64,000 nucleotides of DNA. It comes from Camelus dromedarius. Lineage: Eukaryota. The notes under the pieces were generated by a model. It saw only the letters and a program-made list of their open reading frames with translations. It ran no database searches and was not told where the DNA came from. Position numbers and translations under genes: made by a program. The stretch is taken from the NCBI RefSeq assembly GCF_036321535.1, contig NC_087436.1:111912001-111976000 (forward strand), read 5' to 3'. Below, piece by piece: positions 35,412 to 46,924 of the stretch (its first letter is position 1; every line of letters starts with the position of its first letter).

Positions 35412-36042
35412 TGTGCGGCCTAAGATGGCCACACACTTGCTGACGGTCCTCCTATCAAGAGACAGTCTTTCTACCTAATAAAACTGAAAAGGAGGAAAAA
35501 AAACAGAGAGAGACACAGTCTATTTCCCCTCTCCTTGAAATCAGGTAGGGCTGCAGAGGTGGGTTCAGTGATGGAGAGTTTTCGCCGCGGTCCCTGAGCG
35601 CTGAGCCTGTGGGAAGAGTGACTACCCTGCTAAGGGACCCTGTGGAGATGCCCTGGACCTACAGGAGAAAAACAGGGGCTCAGCAGAGACCAGCCTTCCA
35701 GTTGTCCCATCTAGGGGCCAGGGAGGTGATGAAGTTTCAAGGACCCTCTGGAACAGCCTGCTCCCCAGCTAAATATCACCCTGTTTGACGCATTTGATCC
35801 TACGTGGAGCACAGAATCACCCAACTTAGCCACTGACCTATAAAATCATGAGATTTAGTAAAATAGTTGTTGTTTTAAGCCACCAAAGTTTGGGGGTAAT
35901 TTTGTAATTAGGTTTATTTATTTTAATGGAGATACTCGGGACTGAACTCAGGACCTTATGCATGCTAAGCATGTGCTCTACCACTGAGCTATGCCCTCCC
36001 TTCTGGGGTAATTTTGTAATGCAACAATGGATAACCAGAACA
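35412..36042 (+). mobile_element. MaLR solo LTR (MLT1G/H-like) carrying two younger insertions
   Basis: tgtg...taagatggccaca...cccctctccttgaaatc...gactaccctg...gttgttgttttaagccaccaaagtttgggg...gcaacaatggataaccagaaca. Confidence 0.85.
35909..36004 (-). mobile_element. Camelid Vic-1-type SINE, 3'-truncated, 16-bp TSD
   Basis: Minus strand gggagggcatagctcagtggtagagcacatgcttagcatgcataaggtcctgagttcagtcccgagtatctccattaaaataaataaaccta; TSD ggggtaattttgtaat at 35893-35908 and 36005-36020. Confidence 0.92.
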
Positions 36043-36084
36043 CCTGCGTTGCTACAAATAAAGTGAGTAGTTTCCTAGAGACAA

Positions 36085-36290
36085 CAGAGCATGGTACAAA
36101 TTCTGGAGCAAGACTGCCTCCATTGAATTTCTATGTGCCTCACTTTCCTCATCTGTAAAATGGAGATAATAATTCTACACCCTCATACAATTATTTTAAA
36201 GATTAAAAAAATTTAGTACTGTATATATGAAGTTCTCAGAACAGGGCCTTGCACACAGAAAGTGCTATGTAAATATGTGTTAGTATTCTA
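36085..36290 (+). mobile_element. MIR SINE
   Basis: ctatgtgcctcactttcctcatctgtaaaatggagataataattctacaccctcata. Confidence 0.9.
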
Positions 36291-36759
36291 GAATAAGAAC
36301 ATATACTTTTCAACATTGATTTGGATAAGAACTCAGAGGATCAGTCTTTACTCCTTTTAGACTGTGAACAAGTCTTTGTTCTGGGTCTTTAGGTCTCTTG
36401 ACATCTGACCCGCAAAAATAATTCAAATTGGGTTTAGCAATGAATATCCCCGTGGGCCCTAAAGGAGATGAAGAATTGTAAACAAGGGGCAGAGAGACAT
36501 GACATTTGCTGGAGTGGCATTTGGCAACAGGCCCACTGTTGTTATTAGCAATGTGAGCAAGAGGGTGAACAGCACATTAATCGCATCTGTGACATCAAAT
36601 CATGTAGAAGACCTGAGAAAACAGGGATTACATCACTGCATCAGGAGAGAGCAGGAAGGTGAGCCGGGAGAAAATGAAACAGTAAGATTAAATGCTGTCA
36701 AGTTCAAGATTTTGAATGGAATCTGTTGATATGCCAGTCCTTTCCCTCCCAAAACGATA

Positions 36760-36990
36760 TGAAGCATTTCAGTTGAACAAGTATTTACAGACCGTGTGCC
36801 AGGTGCTGTGCCCAAAAATGGAAATTCCTAGGTTGATAAGGCCTGTCCCTCCCTGTAAGGAGCTCACAGCAGTGTTGTGGGCAATGCAGATGGAAACCCA
36901 TAAAAATAATACACAATGATGGGTGCCAGAAAAAAATGGATGTACAGGGTGCAAGTATCATACAGATGAGGAGGTGTCTTTTTCTACTTG
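36760..36990 (-). mobile_element. L2 3' end
   Basis: aacaagtatttacagaccgtgtgccaggtgctgtgc...gtccctccctgtaaggagctcacag. Confidence 0.75.
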
Positions 36991-37369
36991 GGATGATGTG
37001 TACAACAATGGACATGGAAATAAAAGATTTAAAAACTAGATATAGAAATAGGAAATAGAGACTATGTATATAAAGAGAAAGAAAATAGGAACCTACCAGA
37101 GTTTCTAAACTTGAGAATCAGCTTTGGCTGTGCCCTTATTTCTGTGAAGGACATAAAAAGAAAACAGGATGGTTACAAGCTATCATCAGAGAGAATGAGA
37201 GTTAAAAATCAAGAAATTATTGAAGAAAAGTGATCTTTTAAAAAGACATTTTTGAACTTGGGAAAAATCATTGAGTAAAGGGAAACTGACTTCATTAATA
37301 TCCACATGTAGAACATCTGCATCAACTTTGGAAGTGATAGGATTTCAAGACAAATATATTAGAACTCTG

Positions 37370-37690
37370 TGTTGATTAATCCATTCATTCAGCAAAGCTG
37401 ACACAGTGAAAACAGCACATAGTCACTGCTCCTCCAAAACCTACATTCCATCTGGGGAGACTCATTAATGAAATAATTATGGCAGTATACAATCATAACT
37501 TTGTCACCTTACAAGGGTTGTGAGAGGGGCAACTGGGGTCCAATATTGAGGGGCTGCCTAAAGGGGTTCTTTAAAAGGATGATGCTTGACTTGAGTCTTG
37601 AAGAATGGGTTACATAAGTAGGAAGACAAAGGGAGGGTGAGGGCAATTTAGACAGGAACTACAGCCTGTGCAAAGGCCCTGTGGTAAGAT
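37370..37690 (-). mobile_element. L2 3' end
   Basis: ccattcattcagcaaa...gatgatgcttgacttgagtcttgaagaatg...acagcctgtgcaaaggccctgtgg. Confidence 0.75.
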
Positions 37691-38656
37691 CATCTTACAA
37701 AACAGGCTTTGGGAAAAATAGAGGATTTTCTGAAAGGGATACTAGGTTTCAATAAATACCATATGACCTTAGATAGGAATGCTTTGGATTTTAAAAATTT
37801 AACCTCAACAAAAATTCAGGGCTACTTAAGACCTGAAGGAAATATTTTGGATAATATAAACCCCTTTAATCAAGGAGAAACGTCTAAAGGAGGCTATCCT
37901 ATGCCTCTTCACCCCGAATAATGTCGCTAGTGTCAGGGATAGTTTCGATGTGATTTTCTAATCTGAAGTATTCATTCCACTTAGGATACTGACCAATATC
38001 ATCAATTACTATCCCTTTCAGTTGGAAATCTGGTTCTAAATCCAGCAGGGTTTTATACTGTCATCCAGTGATAAATATGATGAATTCAACGAAAAACACA
38101 ATACTTTGCTCCAGACTTACAATTAAAAATGTTTATTAAAGTTCATGTCTTCCTTCTCCGTGATAATTTTCAGGCCTGATCTGAACAAATGCCAAATAAC
38201 ACATTTGAATGAGCTGAATATATAGAATCATATTTCTCCAAATGCTCTGCTTTCCCATAAATCAGTCATTACTTCTTAGAAAGAAAATGAATTTGGTTTC
38301 GAAAGGAGCACCAATGTTTTTTACTTCTTAGCATTAGACACTCTGCATATTTGAATGGGTTGCCAATCTTGCTTATTTTTCAGGACACAGATGAAGCCCC
38401 GTTTTCTACAGGAAGCCTTTATTCTCTCTCTATGTAGCTTGATCTGCATATTTTCTGATGCCCATCACTTTGTAGTCCTGATTGTGACACTGCATCCTAT
38501 CTTATTTTTTTATGTATATAACTCTTAGGTGATTGCCAGTTTTTTTCATCCTGATTATATTCCAAACCATAATTCCTTTCATGGCAGCTGGCATTTAATG
38601 AATTCTCAATGTGTCTGTTGATGGGCTGGATGAGAGAAAGAAAAGGATGGTAGTGT

Positions 38657-39181
38657 TGCATTAGTTCAGGCTCTTAAGCTGCAGAAAAATGAATGTGACT
38701 CTTGTTAATTTAAGTAAGAAGACAATGTATTGGAGTATTAGAGGGGTTGCTCAGAGGATGGGCAAGGAGGCTAAGAAACCAGGCTTGGGAGAGTTGGGAA
38801 CCGGTAGACACCGCAGCATATTGGCAGCAGAAATAACTTCACGGTCATTGCTGGTTGCGATCACTGGGTTGAAATCATCCTTTCTTCCATCTTTGCATCT
38901 TGTGGTTTAAGATTCAAAGTCATAGGAGAGAGCATCCAACTGTCTGAATCTATGTTTCCCTACTGACATATGGTGGCACTGGGTCAGGAAGAGAAAAGAC
39001 TTGGAAGAACAGCCTGCAGGATTCTCTCTGCTTCCATAGGTGGGGTGGTTTACCATCCAAACAGGTCTATGCACACCGAGCAAAAGCTCATTTTCTGGAA
39101 GAAAATCAAAGTGCTGTTAGGAAGATCAGTATGGGTAGGAAAAAAAATAAAAACAAAAAGCCCACAGAGATATCTATTGCA
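38657..39181 (-). mobile_element. Old MaLR solo LTR (MLT1K/L/M-like)
   Basis: tgcattagttcaggctctt...gactcttgttaatttaagtaagaa...gattcaaagtcataggagagagcatcc...gaaaatcaaagtgctgtta. Confidence 0.7.
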
Positions 39182-39184
39182 GGT

Positions 39185-39405
39185 TGAAAGAACTCTCCAG
39201 TAATGAAATAGGTTTTGAATGTGTCTTGACTCCTAACCGGCTGGTGACCTTGGGTGTGTCATTTATCCTCTCTGAGCCTTTTCTTTCTCACTTACTAAAT
39301 GTAATAACCTTGACTTCTCTAGCTCCCTGGGTGGTTGTAAGGGTCACAGAAGATAACATATCTAAAAATGCTTTGCAAATGAAAAGTGCTATATAAATGC
39401 AGAAT
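39185..39405 (+). mobile_element. MIR SINE
   Basis: gctggtgaccttgggtgtgtcatttatcctctctgagcct...gggtggttgtaagggtcacagaagataacata. Confidence 0.8.
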
Positions 39406-39559
39406 ACTCTTTTTATAGGGTTTTGGTGTATTCTGCAGCACTGTTATTCAGAGGGTGCTTGCTGAACAGAATTGAGAGGTTTAACCCCTTCTTCAGTGTG
39501 ACGGCTCCAGAGGAATTGTGAAGGTGACTTTCTCTTACTTGCATCATGCATTCTTATAG

Positions 39560-39720
39560 TAATAAGAATATCACATTTACTGAGTGTTCACTATATGTTG
39601 GGATCTCATCTAAGCTCCTTTCTGTGTCCTAACTCATTTAATCCTTACAATATCTCTGTGTGTTAAATACTATGAATATTCTTATCTTACAAATGAGGAA
39701 ACTGAGGCACATCAAAGCGT
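39560..39720 (-). mobile_element. MIR SINE
   Basis: acatttactgagtgttcactatatg...aactcatttaatccttacaa...ttacaaatgaggaaactgaggcac. Confidence 0.9.
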
Positions 39721-40055
39721 CACAAGTATCACGCTGACATCCCCCTCCATGCTCTATGTCTCCTTGGATAAAGTTTGAATACTAATTTTTGCTTCTTAAC
39801 CATCTTGCAAGATTATAAAGAAGATTAATGAGGAAATGTTGGCATAACATTTTGTGTTCCTTGGAAGAAAGCTTCTGGTGAAGGCAATTATTGTTGTGCA
39901 TTTTCATAATAATGAAATATGAAATATTGTAGTATTTTTATGCTCCTCTTCTCTTCAATCAATCTTTCCAATTCTAGCTTACCATCAACGTAGCTTCCAA
40001 AGCCAAAGACTTCCGAATAGTTACCCTTTCTTAAGTTTTTTTTTCCCCTGGTTTT

Positions 40056-40058
<3 letters not shown>

Positions 40059-40098
<40 letters not shown>
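40059..40098. repeat. (AC)20 microsatellite
   Basis: Direct reading, uninterrupted. Confidence 0.98.
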
Positions 40099-40103
<5 letters not shown>

Positions 40104-40273
40104 TCACTGGTCTCAGTCTCAGGTTGTTTATCATTTTTGCTCTTGTTTTTCCCTTGAGGGTCAGAACGGTTTTTCCTTGAGTGTCACAGCTGTAGGGCTA
40201 CAACGGATTAAACCATGGGTCAAAAAAGCCTTGTAGCTCCTCCGGTGGACAGACGAACAGATCTGGATTTGGA

Positions 40274-40406
40274 AGGGGAGGGTGTAGCTCAGTGGTAGAG
40301 TGCATGCCTAGCATGCATTAAGGTCCTGGGTTCAATTCCCAGTACTTCCATTAAATAAATAAACAAATAAACCTAATTACTTCCCCCCATTAAAACACAC
40401 ACACAC
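40274..40406 (+). mobile_element. Camelid Vic-1-type SINE, full length, 17-bp TSD
   Basis: ggggagggtgtagctcagtggtagagtgcatgcctagcatgcattaaggtcctgggttcaattcccagtacttcca (A box, B box); tail taaataaa...acctaattacttcccccc; TSD acagatYtggatttgga at 40257-40273 and 40407-40423. Confidence 0.93.
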
Positions 40407-41679
40407 ACAGATTTGGATTTGGAGAGACACGACAAGCAATCCTATGTTAAAACTTTAACTGCTTCTGTAGAGTTAGTGCCCATGCTTCTTCGATCATAAT
40501 GAGCCCTTCCTGCGTTATGAGGAAAGAGAAAGGAGAGAGGGAGAGAATGTGATCTGGAAAAAATTTCCCCTGATATCTTGTCACTCACCCAGATGGTTGG
40601 TGATAATTGGACATGGGAGACATTTGTAAGATCAAACAGGATATCACGTCCTTAAGAAGCCACATCTCTGACAGTGGAGTGTCAGTCATTGTCTCCAGAC
40701 ACAGGGCTCTGTGCCTTGCTAATGTCAATGTGCTAAACCTCAATTATCAGAAGATAGGTGAGAAATTATAAAAGATGGGACAGGAGACTTCATCCAGGTG
40801 ATAAAGTTTAAGACCATTTGTGATAATCCCAATTTCCCCATTAGCAAAATAAAGAAAAAGGCATGTGCTGGCACAGGGTCAGGGGCCTAGAAGAGAAATA
40901 ATTGATAAAAATAAACGGAAAAATTTCCATAAGCCTATGAATGAGTTCCTATAATTTTGTTAACTAGAAAAATAAAATATTCTTTGTGTTCATTAGTTAG
41001 TCTTCCAAGCTTAAAAAAAGCACCTTTACAGATCAAATATACACGTGCGTATACAAGCTTTTTACTCTTTTTCACCTGCTCTCACTATTTGCATTTTTAT
41101 AGCGTTCTTCCCCAGTGGAGAACAAAATGTTTTACAGCATAGACGTAAGTTGATACACAGGTCTGTATTGTAATATAAATGAAATGTTTACTCTGTTAAA
41201 TTTGACTTATATGTTAAAGGGGGGACAAGTGTACATTTAGGGACAGATTAACTATATTTAAAATATGATACAACTTTATAGAAACAGCAGATTGGAAGAT
41301 GATTGTAACAACTATGGTCTGATAAATGCCCTTACTCTAAAAGACTTTTTCAAGTTGAATGACTGTGTAATAGAGGCTTATAGTAGAGTCCAGTTTAGTC
41401 AATAACAATATTTGAATGCTTGATTAAAAAATAATATAATAGAATGAGCTGAAGTTTGTTCTGTCCAGTGGTAAGGATCCTTATGAACCTATTAAAACAT
41501 TAATTGAGCAACTATTGTAAGCAAGGGACTCTGCTTGGTTTGGATGGCTCAGCCACGGGATGTAGTCGTGGGGCCACACCTGGCTCCTGACTGCTGTTCA
41601 GTTAATGTTTGCAGCACGAAGGAAGAAACAAACCAGAAACCTTGAACAATACCGAGGGTTTTTTGGAGTCAATACCATG

Positions 41680-41830
41680 TGCAAAGCATATCCCTTAATC
41701 CCTACAACAAACCCGCCCTGTAACTGATTATTCTTGTATTAAGAATGACAGGTTGAGAAACTCTTTGAGGCCAGACATCTGGATGGTAATAGAGCTGGAA
41801 TCTGAACTGGGGTTTAATTGCATCTGTTTG
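41680..41830 (-). mobile_element. MIR fragment
   Basis: tcccttaatccctacaacaaaccc...ggtaatagagctggaatctgaact. Confidence 0.55.
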
Positions 41831-42339
41831 GGAGGTTCATGGACCTTCTATGAATTCCCTGAAAACCTCTTTCAAATTGGACTGCAAGCTTTTTCAAAGA
41901 GACCGTTAGTACCTTTCACCACCTTCTCAATGAGATCCTGTATCTTCCTCCCAAATTTAAAAGCTCATATACAATTGAAAAACAAAGATTTAGTCATAAC
42001 ACAATAGAAAAATTCAACATACATAGTTAAATAAATTTCAACATAGATAATTAATTGTGTGATTAATTGCCTGGGAATGCCATAGGATTGAAGCGGTAGC
42101 AACCCCATGGGGGTGTGATTGGGGAAGGTTTCTCCCAGGAAAAGGCATTTGAGGTGGGCTTTGGAGGATACTGAGGTGCACGTGTCGTGTAACTGGGTTC
42201 CAGCCTCATGCGCTATGACCAGACTCACCCTCCCTCCTCTCTCCCTTTAGAGGGACACTTGACAGCAAGGCAGAATTAAGTACCACACGTTTCCCTCTGC
42301 CTAGAGCCGATTACCTGCAAGGCTGCTCCATGAACATTA

Positions 42340-42680
42340 GGTTGAGAATAGCAAGGAAAACGCCATTTGGAAATGTTCCACTCAGAGCGGATGTCCAGCT
42401 GCTCATTTAGATCATGAACTGTTTGTCAATACTGACAATTAGCGGGCTAAAGATTGCATTGACCACATGACAAGAATCAATGTGTGCAATACTTGTTAGT
42501 TATTTACCGCCGAGTGTATTAAAGCCTGTAGATTTCTTATAAATCCTTCAAAGCCATCCTGCTATGATCATCTCGACAATACACGCTGACACATCAATAA
42601 ATCCTTTTGACAAGGGTGATCTGTGAAAATCAATACCGGTTTATCAGCGATTCCCATGTAGTGGTTTTCTTTTCTATTTT
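42340..42680. promoter_or_regulatory. Strong candidate developmental enhancer (TALE/TCF/ONECUT motif cluster)
   Basis: TGTCA/TGACA at 42424, 42433, 42468, 42587, 42608; CTTCAAAG (TCF/LEF) 42546-42553; three ATCAAT; AT-rich, repeat-free, CpGs retained. Confidence 0.5.
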
Positions 42681-43126
42681 TTTTTTTTTTTTTTTTTTTT
42701 TCTGACAGGCCAGCAGAGGTTTAAGAGCATTTCGCAAAGCTGGGGAACTGACCTGGTTTAGGTACAAGGTTTGTTGTCACTGTGCGTGCAGGCACTGACC
42801 TTGATTACCGTCCTTGCTCAAAGAATCTTTGTAAATCCCCTATGAGGGAGAAAGATCCGCTCACTGAGGGTGGTGACAGCCACTTTCAGAAGTAGGGAGT
42901 TAGAGGTCTCAGTGCAGAGTAATCCGTGCCTGATCAATCTGCAGCTCCTCTCTGTTGCGCAGAAATCCTGAGACCTCCCCAGCACTTCCTCACCCTTATT
43001 CTTCGACAGCCTTTGGCACTGAAGCTCAGTATCTGAGCTTGTTCAATAGGTTTGCTTTACATTTTTTATTATATGAGCTGAATTAAGCCTCTTGCTAAAC
43101 AAAAATCCTCACAATTCAAGTTCACA

Positions 43127-43475
43127 TGCAATTAGTTAGGGTAAGGATAGCTGCTGTAACAAACCTCAGAATGTCAATATCTGCCCTATACCACATGGTT
43201 CAATGTAGCTGTTTCTGGGCAGTGGGTGATTTTCCTCCACATAGTGATTCAGGGACCCGAGCTCCTTTCCTCTGTGGCTCTGCTGTCCTCTGGTATCTGA
43301 GTGATCCTAGACTTTTATCCCAAGGAAGCAGAACCAGAAGAGAGAAAGAGAAACCAACTCCTTGAAAAAAAATCCTGATCTGGAAAAGCCAGGTTTCTTG
43401 GGCTTATATCCCATTGGTAAAGAACTTAAAACGGGGCCACATAGTGCAAAAAGGGAGTTTTCAATTTAGTCCTAA
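43127..43475 (-). mobile_element. MaLR solo LTR (MLT1I/J2-like)
   Basis: attagttagggtaaggatagctgctgtaacaaac...ctccacatagtgattcagggacccgagctcctttcctctgtggctctgc...tatcccattggtaaagaac. Confidence 0.8.
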
Positions 43476-45504
43476 ACCCACCTCCCACAGTGACAATCCC
43501 TTTCTGCAAAGATTTTCCGGGGAGAGCTCATCAGAAATGTATACTGGGACCTGCTATGTGCGGTGCCATAATGTTCCTTGGCCACAGATACGGGAAAGGC
43601 TCTATTCAGACACTTAGCAAAGTTTACTAGCAAATGGGGCAGATGGTCTCTCTGCCCTAAGCTAGCAGAAATTTTTGAAAAGTTTCCTTCCATCCTTACT
43701 AATCTACATGATCAAACCCTCTCAATGCTGATAACCTGTATTTCTCTGGGCTTCCATGGACCTCTGCTTTTGGTATAAAATTTGTTCCATCAAAACTGTC
43801 TCTTAAGTCTGAAAAGTTCTGTTAGCAACAGCAGTTAAGCAGTTTTAAAAGGTACGGAAAGATAAAGAGTTCATAATCATCTCAAGTCCTCTCTCTCTCT
43901 CTCTCTTTCCCTACCTGCTCCCCGCTCCTCTCTTTCTCCCCTTCCCTCTCTCTCTGGAATATAATCTCAAAAGAGGCAACTGCACTAAACTTTCAGGCTC
44001 CCATGTTCCACTGATCGTTAATAAAATCTGCCCCCAGTTCTATTTTTCTCAGGGCTTTCCTGCTATCTACCTTCTCTCCGCCTCTTATAAAAGTCTATGC
44101 TGAATGGCCACGTCTGTGTCTTGCTGAAACTAACAAAATTATATCCATCACTCTTGGGGAGCCCTATCCAGAGTTACACCGGAGACCCAAAGACAAAGAG
44201 AAGTTTCTGCTTGCACTTTGCTGTAAGTAAAGATCTTGGAATTTTCCAGAGGGGTGTATCTGAGCAAAGACTTCAGGATTTTGAGTTTTCCTTTTCTTTT
44301 TTCCCTTTTTTCTTTTCTTTCCCCCTCTTCCTCCTCCTTTTCATTTTCCTCAGCTCCTCCTCTTATTCCTCTTAATTTGCCTTTTTAAATGATTACAAAC
44401 TACATTGAGCCTTTAAAGTTATTTGCTCTCTCACAATGTTTTTAAAGCATACGATGCTCCTTTGACATATGGAATTGGGAGAAGAACAAATGCTTTGGAG
44501 AAAACTTACCTTCCTTTTTTGTAGATTAACTTAAATATTTTAAATTCTGGAGGAAAATTCTCCATTGCTAAGGCATATGCTCCCTAAGTAGTCTTTAGTT
44601 TTTTTCTCTGTCTTGAAGTCGTTGGCAATTTCCTGTGTGCTGGGGTGACAGGTATATGAATATTGGGAAAGGCACAGGTAAACCAAGATTGGATGTGGGG
44701 GAAGAGAGAGCTAATCTTGGTGTCTTATTTTTTAGCCATCGTAGCTTCTCTAAATACAACATTTAGAGAGTACAGCAGTTGGAGAGGGTTGTGTTTCTCT
44801 ATAGCTCAGTCGTCCATGAGAATCAGAATGAAAGATCTGGTGGGTTTTCTGCAGTGTAGCAAATGAAATAGCTCGTTAGCTGTAAGCAGCCAATGATTTT
44901 CCGTGATTCACCCATCACTACCATCCCTCAGGGAAATTTATGCTAGGCAAGGCAGGAATAGTAAGAAAGCAAGGAGAAAGGGACGGGTAAGACAAGGAAA
45001 GAATGACTGAAAGCAGGCGTCTCGTCTTTGCAGAAGACACCGTTTTGTTTCTGACATCCTGAGAGATTTTTCACTGTATTTCATCTCAGTTTAGAGGTTA
45101 TTTTTAGCATCCAGCATTATTCCTGGTTAGCAGGATAACTTTGGATATTATCCATGGTTAATTAAGACCATATGGCTCTTGAAATATTCTACCTGTGAAC
45201 ATAATAAGACCATAACTGTTTACAGTTTTCAAGGCATGGTCATAATAACATTTTAACTTTGTGAGATAGACAGGTGGGAATTTCCCCCTGTTCTACTGAT
45301 GGGATGATGAGATGACACATATATTTTAGGCTTATATTTCAGGGGTGAAAATTTAAAACAAGGCTACAGCCACATGTAAGAGGAACTCATCAGTGTAGTT
45401 CCAAGATGGGACTGATTCAGTTTTTTTCAGATGGGACTGAAAAAAACAGTTTTCTCAGCTCCCAATCCGGGGTTCATTCTATCAATGAGGTTTGAAATAG
45501 AAAC

Positions 45505-45750
45505 ATACTAATAATAGCTAACATGTATAGAGCGTTTTGTTAATTGCTTTTTGTATATTAACTCTTTTCATCTTCAAGGCAATGCTATGGGATAGGTTCT
45601 GTTATTAGCACTGTTTTATAGATGAGAAACTGAGGACAAGGAGGGAGTGACACAGATTATCCTTAGACACAACTGGCAGGGGTAGGAGTTGGGAATCTAA
45701 GCCAGGATGTTTGTCTGCAGACCCCGTGTTCTTAACTTCCATGCAACACC
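45505..45750 (-). mobile_element. MIR SINE, near full length
   Basis: ataatagctaacatgtatagagcg...ttttatagatgagaaactgaggac...ctgcagaccccgtgttcttaac. Confidence 0.9.
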
Positions 45751-46249
45751 TCTTCTCAATACCAAACAGCTGTAAGTTTCAACATGTTTGCAAGATTCTT
45801 GAAGGCATCTGATGTCTTTGAGGATCAAGAGTTCAGATTCAAGACTTATCATTCTCCTAATGTACACCTGCAGAAAGAGGTTTCGTATAATTGGAAACAA
45901 AATTGCCCATAAAGTAGTTCCTCTGATACAGTCCCCTCCCTTTAAGGACAGATTGCCAGTGTCTTGTTGTCTTCCTTGGTGCACAGAACTCAGACCAGCC
46001 TGATGGGCGTTATTCATACCTTTATCTGCCGTGTACTGATTGCCCACCGCGGGCACGAAGACGGAGAAGCCCTGGTCCTGGTCCCCAATGAGATCACAAT
46101 CTCAAGGGGAGAGAGAGATGTGTGAAATCAGGTAATTATCATTTGCAGTAAGTGTTACAGCAGAGGTAGGAGCAAGTTTCTCCTTGAGCCAGAGAGGGGA
46201 GGGACCAATTTGGGCTAAAAAAATAGGGGTCAAGGCAGTAGGGATTAAC

Positions 46250-46440
46250 TTGCTGCTCAGGGACTGAAGTCAGAAAGCTCTGGGTTCAAGTCATGGCTAA
46301 GTCCATTTGTACCTGGGAAATGTTAGGAACATGTTTCTATGCTGTGACTCAGTTTCTTATCCTGACATCAAGATGAGAATCCCGCCTCCGTCCTGGGTTA
46401 CAGTTCCCACGCCAAAAATCAGCGTGTGCGAAGCCACAGA
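46250..46440 (+). mobile_element. MIR SINE
   Basis: ctgaagtcagaaagctctgggttcaagtcatggct...gactcagtttcttatc. Confidence 0.65.
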
Positions 46441-46825
46441 ATGATTTCTCCCCATAGTCCAGTCCTAAGGGGACTGCCGGGCACAAGGCTCTACCTGCCT
46501 CTTCTCTCCGCAGGCTTTCCTGTCCTAGCTGATTCTATACGTAGTCGGGGGAATCATCGTCCGTTGCTGTAATTGCTAGCAGAGCAGTTTCCCTCCTGAG
46601 AACTAGGCTGTGGTTCCCCATTGCCTCTTGAATCAGCTTAAATCAAAGCGATCACTGGCTTCCAGCCCTCCCTCACACCATCCCTCGTCTCATCTCTTGC
46701 CTCATCCTGGATTTTCTCTCCGCTCCAATCAAGGAAGCCGGCTGGTCATGAGTCATTTTCCATCCCACCCTCCCCAGGAGAGGGCAGACTCCCTGCACAT
46801 CCAATTGACAGAATTTCTAAAGTAA

Positions 46826-46830
<5 letters not shown>

Positions 46831-46862
<32 letters not shown>
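46831..46862. repeat. (TG)16 microsatellite
   Basis: Direct reading. Confidence 0.98.
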
Positions 46863-46864
<2 letters not shown>

Positions 46865-46924
46865 GTGATTCTAAAGTGATAAAACATGGGGAAGCTTGAT
46901 CAGTAGAATTTACCTGGTCATAAA

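Noticed and set aside
40275..40350. tRNA-Ala gene (also 7291-7352 and 35927-36000)
   Set aside because: tRNA-like heads have broken stems, SINE-type AT-rich tails and TSDs, so they are SINEs, not tRNA genes.
42677..42770. T25-CTGACAG as a real splice acceptor with a short exon
   Set aside because: The acceptor looks strong, but downstream donors are mediocre and no recognisable peptide results; poly-T runs create such sites by chance.
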